This document shows positions 11,401 to 23,400 of a DNA stretch of 64,000 nt, in pieces. Below the pieces are notes generated by a model, which did no database searches, was not told the DNA's origin, and was given only the letters and a program-made list of their open reading frames with translations. The number at the start of each line of letters is the position of its first letter. Position 1 is the stretch's first letter. The position numbers and the translations under genes were made by a program. This DNA comes from Podarcis liolepis (lineage: Eukaryota): assembly GCA_965112155.1 (NCBI GenBank), contig OZ218098.1; one strand, 5' to 3'.

Positions 11401-14400
11401 CAATGAATCTGTAGTCAAATCCTGTACCTGCTTTCTACTTTAATAACTATTCATCTTTTCTATAGCCATGAATATCATATACATGGGTAAGTTGGCTTCT
11501 TGGAAATCTCACCTCTTCAATAGCAGCATCTTGTAGCAAGGAGCGAATGTCTAAACGTATCATATGACGGGGTGCTGTTTCCCAATGATCAGCCATCTGG
11601 AATTGGGAAATGAGAGTTGGAGCAGTTTCTACAATGTTCAGTATAAAGAATGCTTTGGCTACTAGGACCAATGTGGTACCATAAAATGCAGTACCTTCAA
11701 AAGAGACAAGTTTGCCTCCCCTACCCCCCAGAAGGACGAGTAATTCTTGTAGCTCTAAGAAAATGTTAGTTACCTCTGTGACTCCAAAACTTTATAAAGT
11801 TACCTTACTGATCTCCTTGAGCTTGCGTCCATGGACATTTCTCTTGCAACAAGTTTGGTTGTCTGCAGTAATTTCAGCTAGGTAGACCTAGAAAGCATGG
11901 TATTGGAGAGGGGGGGGAGAGAATGTGCTCAGAAACATCTGATTCATCCCCAACATATTTTCCAAAGTAAGCTTTAGTGTGTGTGCAAATTTAAATGGAA
12001 AAGGCAAGGCTAAAATAATGCACGATCAGTGCCAAGGATCCATTTGGACTTATATGTGGAAAACTACTGGCCTGTGTGCTCATGCCCCTCAGTCATTTCT
12101 TGGATTTTACTGCTGTTTTCTAGAGAGGCTTTCATAGTAATTAACAACAGAACAACAAATATATTATAAAAACAAAGCACTGTAAAGGCAGCATTAAACT
12201 ACGTGGCAAACTCAAAACAACAATTCCCCAGTAAACTACAGCACCTGGATCAGGAACTTTTTATTGTCTTTCTTTAGGTGGAGACAAAAAAAAAAATGGT
12301 ACTCTGATGGCAGGGAATTCCACAACTGGCTGCCATTCTAAGAGGCCATTAAGAAAGATTTAAGAGGCTACCTAACATGAAATCAGACAATTGGTCCATG
12401 TAGCTCAGAACTGTCTACCCTGACTGGCAGTGGTTTGCCAGGGTGTCAGATAGGAATAATTTCCAGCCGTACCTGCTGGTATCAGGGACTGAACCTGAAA
12501 TTTTCTGGGCTCCAATCACCCCCTTAACATTCTTGGTAGTACTGTCCTTATATCCTACAGGTACCCGAGTTTGAGTTTGCCTTGGCTGCCAGTGGCCCAG
12601 TGTTAATGCTCAGGGTTCAAGGGCATGGAAAACCTGTTTTAGAGCAGCTAACAATGACAGAGATTATCCAATAATGTTTACCTCAAAACCTTTTGTCTTT
12701 GCAGCACTCCAGAACTGCTCAAAATGGCGTACTCTGTCATTAATGGCATCAAGGATGATAAAGGGGAAAAACCCATCATCCAAAGTCTTTTTGAAAGTTT
12801 TGAATAAGCTGGCACGATAGATTTCTTCCATATCAGCTTCATATTCATACTCCAAAATCTGCTCCAGAAAAAGAGAAGGTTAGCTAAAAGAAGAACAAGC
12901 CTTCTTGCTAAGATCTGAAATTCAGTTACTGCTATCACATACGCTGGTAAATATATCACATACACTGCTAAATACTACATAATAAAATTGTAAGGATGTC
13001 ATCATACTGCAGTTCCCACGACTGCCAATAGATGGCCATGGGAACATTCAGGACTTCAAAGCGCAACATGGTGCTCTATGAAAGCCTTATGCAGCCCAGC
13101 TGTCCTATCTGTGCCTCCTGTTGTCATTGAACACTACTGCAGTGGTCCATACGTAATGGAGAAGAAATATGTTGCAAAAGTTGGATCCAGACATATGCTG
13201 GAGGAAGATTTTTTTGTTTTTTAAAAAAACAATTATTCCTCTCCCCTACAGTCCCCCATGTCCTAAGGAAATATGCTCCAGAGGATTGGGAGGAAGGGAA
13301 AGAGTTGAAAAATCACCTTTCCCCTTCATCTAGGGAGAATCTCTGCTGGATCCACAAACAGAAGGATCCTTTCTGTAGTCAGGTGGGACGCTATGGATCT
13401 AACACAATGAGTTAATCAACAACTGAAATGGAGTACCTTCTTTTTAACTCTTTTCTTTGTATCAGGGTCTCTCTCTTCTTTCTCTATTTCAGTGATAAAA
13501 TAGTCGTCCAGGCTGAGCACTCTGGGTGCAGCTCCTCCACATTCAACTTCCTTATCCTGGGAAGGAAACACACAATTAATAAATAGCCTGCATTTATGGT
13601 GCAAGTGCTTCAACTTAGAACATACAGCAGCCCCTCACTGTTAGTAAGAGGGAATTCTGTTTTCCCCTCTTCATTTCAAGTCAATCCAGCCACCTCAGTG
13701 GTACCTCGGGTTACATACGCTTCAGGTTACATATGCTTCAGGTTACAGACTCCGCTAACCCAGAAGTATTACCTCAGGTTAAGAACTTTGCTTCAGGATG
13801 AGAACAGAAATCGTGCTCCGGCGGCACAGCGGCGGCAGGAGGCCCCATTAGCTAAAGTGGTGCTTCAGGTTAAGAACATTTCAGGTTAAGTACAGACCTC
13901 CGGAACAAATTAAGTACTTAACCTGAGGTACTACTGTATATATTTTAGAGCTCTGAATGATTAAATAAAGGAAACTGTACACTCAGACAGCTGGGACCAA
14001 AATGCAAGCGTGTTCCACTCTTCTGTGAAGACTGAAGATGCAAAAGAAAGCTGCCGGTTATTTACTCACCCTGATAAGCTTAGCAACATGAGTCTTTCCA
14101 CTGCCTGGTAATCCTCTCATGATAATGACAATCTAAAACAAAGACAGCATAAATTAATTGTGTTATTATTTAGATATTGCATTTATACACCGCCTTTCTG
14201 CCAAGGAACCCAAGGTGGTTTACAATTCTTTACTGTAACAACTTCACTGTTCTCTCACTGGGAGCTGCTGAGAGAAACATTTTGCAAGCACAGAATCAAC
14301 CAGGCACCAACCACATTTAGCAGCATGAGGAATGGTAATGGTAGACCAGTCAACTCGTCTTCTTGCTTGCTACTCAATCATGGCAGCCCCTGTGTGGGGA

Positions 14401-17400
14401 CTGCTTTCACCCTCACTGGGTAGCAAGCAAGGAGATGGGAGATCTGGCTGTGCTTAGAGAGCAGAACTGCACCCAAATTCAGTCAAAATTTGGAAGGCAT
14501 GGGAATCTGTCTGGGGAGATTACACATTACATAAACATTAGCTGAAGTGTCTATTTGTCATGCATTTTGTTGCTTAAGATTAGAAAGCCACATTCACACT
14601 ACTCACCCTCTCTGGTCTACTCTCCCTTCCAGGTGGCTTCAGTATATCATCCACATTTTTAGATTCTGGTTTCCTCTCTACACGAGGGGCAGGTGGTGGT
14701 TGTCGGGGTAATGATGGAGCAGAAACGGGCATTCTTTCTTCAGGGTAATTTCTGCGGTCACCTTAACACAAAGTTCACACAAGAGAGAAAAAGAAAATTA
14801 ACTAAAATTATGCACTGAATTAAGAGACCATTAGTTCCTAAGAGACTTCCACTTCTGTTTCCAATATGCTTTGTGGGCAATTTACTCATTAGTCTGTACA
14901 TTTCATTCATTTATCTTAAAGTGAAGTTTCTAAACTGGAACAAAAACAAAGAAGAACCCCAAAAGATGGCATAGTGCGATAAAAATGAATGAATAATATT
15001 TTCCCTTCAAACTAGAGACTTTGATACTGACTTCTTCTGTGGTTTAGGAAAGTTAATGAACCTTTGTTTCAGGAGAAAAAATGTGCTACTTTGATTTTAG
15101 CCACAAGGACAAACAACAGAAATGATTATGAGAAAATTAATCTCTCAGAAATAGGATAAATTAAGGTGTGTTCTCGTATGTACTGAATAATAGATATATT
15201 GCTTGAATTGGAACACGTATCTAAGAACATGCAAGGGTCTAATTAGGAAAGCAAATGCCAAAAACACACATTGCAAGGCATAAGAATTTTCTATTACCAT
15301 GTGTAGCACAATTTCCAAATACAACTTTGCATAATCCTTTTTTTTGGGGGGGGGGATAGATAAATAAAATCAAGAAATGCTTAATGTGCAGCACCTGCTT
15401 TGTACATGTGATAACCACATTGGGTGATTCATGAATGAAGAAACCTAAGAGTCTGTCTGCATGAAAGTCTTACTACAGTGGTACCTTGGGTTAAGTACTT
15501 AATTCGTTCCGGAGGTCCGTACTTAACCTGAAACTGTTCTTAAACTGAAGCACCACTTTAGCTAATGGGACCTCCTGCTGCTGCCGCACCGCCAGAGCAC
15601 AATTTCTGTTCTCATCCTGAAGCAAAGTTTTTAACCTGAAGCACTATTTCTGGGTTAGTGGAGTCTGTAACCTGAAGCGTATGTAACCTGAGGTACCACT
15701 GTATAAGAATGAGATAGATTATTCATATCCTTGTATATAGGACAACGGCTGCAATTCTACATGCACGTAGCTAGAAGTAAGTCACAATGAACTCAGTGGG
15801 ACTTACTTTTTAGTAAACATGCATAGGACTGAAATGTATATAATTATAATGGACTGTATCTAATGTTGGGTGAAAGGAGTTCTACTTGTGTAACAGGACT
15901 TCATCTTCCTCTCCTTTCATTGTGCATCCCCAAAATTTTCTCCAGAGGGTCCCCCAATCCCTATAGCAGAATTTGAGGGTGCATGGGAAGATTGCAGGGG
16001 AGAAGAGGTGAGGGAAGTTCTGTTGCACAAGAGGAAGTTTACTGCATGAACAAAGCAGTGTATTGGATGCAGCCCAGTATCTATTCAGTACATAGAAAGG
16101 CTTCGGATACTGAAAATACTGAGTCTCAAACTTCATAGTTATTGCTTAAGGCAGGGAAGGGGAACCTGTGGCCTTCTGATGTTGCTGGACTCAAACTCCT
16201 ATGATTCCACACTAGCCTGGCCAATAGTCAGAAGTTGGGTCTTACTGATATTAATACAGTGGTGCCCCGCAAGACGAATGCCTCGCAAGACGGAAAACTC
16301 GCTAGACGAAAGAGTTTTCCGTTTTGGAGGTGCTTCACAAAACGAATCTCCTATGGGCTTGCTTCGCAAGACGAAAATGTCTTGCGAGTTCCTGTGGGTT
16401 CCCCCCCTCCCCCCCTTTTTCTAAGCCGCTAAGCCGCTTATCAGCTGATCCGATAAGCCGATAAAAGCCGCTAATAGCGCTAATCCGCTAATCCATCAAT
16501 GGGCTTGCTTCGCAAGACGAAAAAACCGCTAGACGAAGAGAATCACAGAACGGATTCTTTTCGTCTTGCGAGGCACCACTGTAATCAGACAGACCGAACA
16601 GAGTTCTTTATTTATTACAGATGTATCTATACTGCCATTCAATCAAATTCCTGGGTGCTTCACATAAAAAAGTTCCATTACATTGTAATGCAAATATGAT
16701 TATCCTTAAAACCCCTCTCTTTAAACCAAGGAGGGTCAAATAAATAAATGCAACTTCAATCACTGATAATACTTTTATCCTTAATTATAAGGAACAAGTA
16801 AGCGAGTTCATAGTCCCAAATTCATTCTGAGACCTCAATATTCTAATATTTCTTCAAGGTTGAAGATTTATACCTCCAAACATCGGAGGCCCATGATCAT
16901 AAGGTGGACGATCAGGTTTTCTGTCATATGATTGTCTTTCAAATCCTCCCCGTCTTGAGTTTGAATGGTCTTTGTCACGAAAGGACTGAGCTCTTGAAGG
17001 AGATGGCCTGCTAAATGAAGACAGCATATTGTAACACAAACTGCATGATTTCTTTGAATATTACACATTTAACAAAAATGTACATGAGATTCTCTGATAA
17101 ACCAATTCCTGGCCAATCCTATACTTTGCTGCTGGATGCAATGACTATCCTTTATTAAGCCCACACCAAGTAATATATCCCTGTATGAAACAGTTACAAT
17201 CTCAGCCGTACACCTTTCAACCAAGAGGGGAAGGAAATTTTAAATGTCTGTCCTCCCATGGCATATGCTCACAAGGCTGCAGCTCACAAGCAGGACACAA
17301 CAGTGCTAACTTCACTTGTGATGCCCAGCAACTGGTATGCATACGCCCTCTGAGTGTGGAAGTAGAACAAGATACTCCCAGGTACAAAAATCAAAAAGAG

Positions 17401-20400
17401 AAGTGACAGTTCAAAAACTCAGCACCGCAACCTGTCTGAAGACACACTTCTGAATCCTACTTATTCCTCCTATATTACATACCTGTCATCTCGTTGATAG
17501 CGTTCTTTGTCAAATCTTTCCCGTTCATGTTCTCCAGAAATACGGTCCCTGTATGGCTCTCTCTCTCGCCTGAAGTCTCTGTGATCAATATTGACATTAT
17601 TTTGCCGCTCAAAATAAGCATCTCTTTCCTTGAGATATCGATCCCGTTGGCCTGGGTGTTCTGGAAAATGAAGTCAAAATAATTTTAAGAGTTATTCTAC
17701 AGGATCGCAGAATGGGGTAGACGCATCAAGGAGCAGATTTCTTGGGTTGAACTTCTTGACTACAGCAAGGGATTGCATGTTTGAATGCTCCTTCATTTTA
17801 AACACGCCATTAAAGACAAAACACAAACAAGAAGGAGAAGGCTATTCTAAATCTCTCCTCCCCAATGTGCTAGTTTTCTACATACAGGGAGCTTTTTATA
17901 TGAGGGGGCATTCCGCCCTACCTTCAGTTTGGTACAGCCTTGAATTCTACCACCTCAGTCTACATCAGCCATCCTTAACCTGGTGCCCCAACAACCATGG
18001 GCAATAGGAATTATAGATGAAAACATCTGGAGTGCATCAGGTTGGGAATGGGGATGGCTGTTGTTCTTCATAGTATCTAGAACAACTCTTTTGAGTATTT
18101 ACAAGAATTCAAGACATGGTGAAAGCCATATTGCTTTAAAAAGGAGGTGGAATGTGTGTATGTTTTAACAAGGAACCTACCAAATATCAAACTGATGCCT
18201 GCCTTCTACTTAAAAGAGACGTCTCAGAGACACCAAAGTACACCCACCTTTTGAAAAGGGTTGCCTCTCATGAGGAGCTTCTGGACGCAGAGTTATACGC
18301 TCCCCGTAAGGAATTTGTCCACCTTTACTACTGGTTATATCTGTCAAATACAAATTAGCAATAATAAAATTAAGAGATATTGCCCCAGATACCATCTTTG
18401 AATAAATACATTCAGACCATCACCAGCAGCTTGAACATTTGGAGGCTGGGGAAGAAGATTTACCATCCCTGGCCTCCCCAGCATTTCCCTTTGGCTCTTG
18501 TCAATCTCTGCAGGAGGAATGATGATGGTAGTCGGCTGCAAGCCATCTAGCCTGGTGATGAGACCCCTCCCACTCTGAACTGCATTTATTAAGCCCTTGG
18601 AGTGCAGTAAGACTAGATCCAAGAGCTGGAACTTTATTGTCAGTTAACTTTTTTTTGTTTTGTTCTGTAATGTATTTAAGTCCAGCTTATTTCTTTTGCA
18701 GTGCTGAATTTATTCTGTTTGCTGAATTGTTGGTTTTTGTCCTATTTGAATGTACCAATATGTTTTGAATACCGCTTCTCTCCATCCTGCCCCATTAATG
18801 TTTTGTAGTCTGAAAATAAGTGGATGCCTCTTATAATTTGGTTTGGGTGGGCACAATTTGGTGTAGAAAGGCAACCAAAAATAAATTAAGCCAAACTAAA
18901 TCAGCCAACCAATAAGTGTCATTTCTTCAACAAAGAGAGTGGCTCGAGGGACAATAACAGGAAACAGCTGCCTTTTTTGTTTTAAAGAAGAGCTGTATAA
19001 ATTGCTTACAGATAGGTAGCCGTGTTGGTCTGCCATAGTCAAAATAAAAAAATTCCTACCAGTAGCACCTTAAAGACCAACTAAGTTCTTGGTATGAGCT
19101 TTTGTGTGCATGCACACTTCTTCAGTGTATCTGAAGAAGTGTGCATGCACACGAAAGCTCATACCAAGAACTAACTTAGTTGGTCTTTAAGGTGCTACTG
19201 GAAGGAATTTTTTTATAAATTGCTTAGTCATCAAACAGCATTTACCACAATGTGGTACTGTGCATTACTTACAAAGCTTTAATTAAATTAAAAACAGGCA
19301 TTCCCCAGCTAGAGCTCTCATGAGAAAAACACCACAGGGAGAAAAACTAGCAATGCTGTAATTTATTGGTGGCTAATTGTTTTGTTTCCAAAAAACAAAA
19401 TAGCAGATGCCAATAAGGAACCTTAAGTAGAAACACCAAAAAAAAATCACAAAACTGGTTTTGATTAGTGGGTCTCCCACCTATCAAATCTTGTCTGCAA
19501 GGAGCAACTGGGGTATTTTGAAATAGCAGCAACCTGACACAGCAGTATATGTTTCAACATAACAAAAGCATTAAAAAAGCAGAACTGCCTCCCTCAATCA
19601 TTCCAATGTCAAACCAGTCCAGTATTCTGTTCCCACACTGTTCACATTTTTATAAACCTCCACCATGTTAGCTTTTCTCTAAACATTTTAGCCTGAAATG
19701 TTTTAGCTATTCCTTGTACGGAAGATGCTATTACGTTTTGTGAACCTTTCAGACACACGATCAGTTTATGAATACCTAGGTAACAACCAATGTTACCAAT
19801 ATCTTCTCCTTTGCATCATATTCTTGCAGTAAAGTGGCAAGTTCAGACCGAACAATGGCAGTTATAGAGGCTGCAAATTGACAGTTTATTATTTATCTGC
19901 ATAAGGCCCAATTTCTATTTATTAGCCATCTCATAACACAAATAATCATATTCTGTATAGGAAGGAATAAAACAAGAGCCCTTTCTCATTCTAGTTCATA
20001 GACAGGCTAGACAATTTAAGGATCAGGGAATCAGACATAACATCAAATTTCTCTACTAACTTATCAATGTAAAGATGTCCTAAAGGGTCCATTTTTAATG
20101 CACAGAATGTAGACCAGCACACTCCTCTGATGAGAATTATATTGGCTATTTTTTTTTTAATGCTACAGGCATAATCCTTCTGTTAATTAGCATTATTAAG
20201 ATAAGCAGTATTCACCTTGCCCATGGCCGTGTCCATGCCCGTAGTCAACAGTCTGATGAATAATTGGTGGCTTGGAAAGTTGTGCTATACCCGACCCAAA
20301 GGAAGCTGCGACTGTCGATGAAGGTAATGAGAGATCTGATGCAGGTAAGTCATTCTCGGATTTTAGCCCTTTATCTTCACTGCTATCCCAAAGTCCCTGG

Positions 20401-23400
20401 AAAGAATCCTCATCCCAACGTTCTTGGCTCATGGCAGGTGATGATTTGACCTTAGCAGCTGGACCTTGAGAGGCTGCTGCAGCTGAAATGGGAATTGGAG
20501 TACTTGGCTGTGTTGGGGGACCAGGCATTTTTACCGATGGGAGGGGGCCCTTTGTCGCTGGGACAGATGGCTTTGCAAGTGCAGCGCCTGGCTTGGCTGT
20601 TGGGGCAGCTTTCCGAAACATGACGGGTGGCTTTACTATTACAGCTGGCGTAGGCTTAATAGATTGCTCCTCTATTGGTATCTCAGCGTGCATTTCAGAA
20701 GAAGCCTAAATAAAAGGATATTTTAAAATAAAAGGTACATGAAATTAACAGCGATTTTAAAAATGTTGTCAGATACTGTCATAGCAAATGTGTACTTTGA
20801 TACTTAAAACAGGCCTTTTGGGGTACAACATCGATGAAAGGGTACAAAGAAAAGGCTAATTTTTTTTTTAAGATGGTTACATGGAATTTACAATACTGAA
20901 ACTTATCTTAAGGAATTTGTATACAACTTGTGTCTGTTGCTGCCTTAGCAATCTCAGTTGCCCAATGCGCCTTCTCATCTAAAGTTCTTTTGTGGCCAGG
21001 TCAAGTTTTGTAAATCACCCAAATGTGGAGCAGCCATAGTAGTGAAAACAAAATATGACAAAACACAGCTACAGATAAAGTTGTGGCTACCTGGTGGTGA
21101 TATGTTGTAAATATTATAAAAGTGTTGTTTTGCTTGCCACGAAGCAGTGGTAAGTCATTACTTCCTCCACATGGTTGTGTCTTTGAGATTTCTCTAAGTA
21201 GAGAAATTTACAAATGTTTGATCCAGCTCTCAGTTAATACGGAGTGCTTTTTCTCAGCTACATCTGACAGGCACCCAGTAACGCCCATCCATGTTTTGAT
21301 AATCTCAGGGATCAGCTGCTCTAGCATGCTCTATGTGAGGCCACCCTTTAATGCAGTGGAAAAATTGCCACCAGTAGAAACGAAGTGGCCCAGCTGAATT
21401 CAAAATGATGGTGATTTCCTAAAGTCCAATATAGTCCAAATCCAGTACATCTTTGGGAGACCCTGCTCCTAGACGCTCCCTTGTCTCCTGAAATTTGCAG
21501 AAAAGGTGCACTGGAATCACAGTGAGAGTTACGAGGATGAAGATCTGATTTCTTCATAATGATGCCTCATTCTCAAGAAAGACCTGCTGCAGAACCACTG
21601 CTGCCTCTGGCCAGAGATACAGAGCATAGCCATAATGACTGGTAACTTGTCTGGAGGGGTGGGGAAGCAAGCTCAAGCATAAGTCCTTAAAAGTTTCCAC
21701 TTAAAAACCATTTTTAAAAAGACATAAACAAAAAACATGTGCATCACAGTAAAGTCACACTTGCACAATATTTTCCACACTCGCACAATATTTTCCATAG
21801 CAAGACTTAATTTACCTGAAAGTTATCCTTCCTAGCAATTTGTGGTCTAGGAATTTCCTGTGTTGACAGTTCAGGAACAAATTCATTCATCTTCTTCATA
21901 TGTTCTTTCTGTTCTCTGCAGTCAAAAAATCATATTATTCAGCTTAAATGTTCATTTAAAAAACCACAAAAGGTATATGCATTTGTCTTAAACAAGATTT
22001 TAAGAACCACCACATTTACTTATGTTCATCTGTGGCACCAACACTGTGGAACGCCCTCTCTAAGGAGGCCTGCCAGGCTGAGAAGCTAGTGAATTTTAAG
22101 CAACAAACTAAAAATTGGCTACTTTGTAAAACATTTAGACTAGTATTTCCAAAACTTTATACCCCACTCCCCCTGGACGACTTGAAAATTGTTGAGCATC
22201 TTGCTGAACCACTTAATTATTTTTCTGCCTATTGTCACAATTGTAATGCACTGTGAAAGATTATGTATGATTCTAAATTGTCTTCTTATTGTTTCTTTTA
22301 TTTCTTATATAATATTTTACTGTATTACAACTTGAATTTTATGGAACTGATCTGCCCTTAAATATTTTTCATCTCATTTTGCTTGGCAGTTTGCAATTTT
22401 AGGATTTTGGCAGGTTTTTTCTGCTTCAGTTGATTCTTTTTAGTGCATTTTGATTTGTTGCTCTATTGTTTTAATATAGTACTGTTAGCCACTTTAGGCT
22501 GTCATTTGGCAAGCAGGAAACACAAATGTTTCCAACAAAATCTGCCACTTTTCTCAGTGCCAAAAACGAACATTTGATCCTTCACAGAGAGCATTTAGCT
22601 CCCAAGGTACATTTCTTTTTCACACCAGCTCAAATCTCATTGCAGTTTCTGAGGATATCATTTTTATGTTAAGAGAATTCAAGCCTTTGTCATCAGAATT
22701 CTCACATATTCCAAAAGGACGTCTGCAGACCACTTTCCTAGTTCAGTAAATGGCGAAACACACCACTGTTGACAACAGGAACTAGCAACAGAGATTTTTC
22801 TACATATCAGTGGAAGCTGCCTGGTACGGACTGGCAGCAGCTCTCCAGGGTTTCCCAGCCCCGCCCAGAGATGCCAGGGACTGAACTTGGGACCTCTGCA
22901 TGCTCTAGCACTTGTTCCTGTCTCAAGAGTTATAAATGTCATATCATATGCACTGCTTGAAAATCTAGATTTGATGTATCCATGGAGTGCAGTGTAATAT
23001 GACTGCTTGGCAACTTTACACAAGAGTAGCTTAAAACCCAAGCACAACAAAATGTGAAGTGCCCTCCTTTAAGGCAATATTAGTGTGAGTGGACTTTGTA
23101 CCGCTTCATGTGAACTGATAGACAATGTTGGACCTTTTGTTTTCATTGGCTCCCTTTTCTGAATTTCTTAAAAATACTGCAGGTCTGCATGAACAAGGTT
23201 CTCCTGCCTGAATATTTACTACTCAGTTTTAAGGATAAGCGTGATCACCGCCAGCTATGTTATTTGACTTTTTTTTAGCATAGGTATGCTATGTGCTGAA
23301 CTGTTCTTGATTCTATGGGAGGTTCTTCAACATTAAAAAAACACCTATTTTAACTTCATTAGTTTAAGACTGATAAAAAGTGCTGTTTAAAGCATAGTTA

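Noticed and set aside
16257-16581. Repeated TCGCAAGACG motifs resembling a CRISPR-like array (also 61581-61925)
   Set aside because: Irregular spacing, bounded by TIRs and TA duplications, eukaryotic context: MITE sub-terminal repeats.
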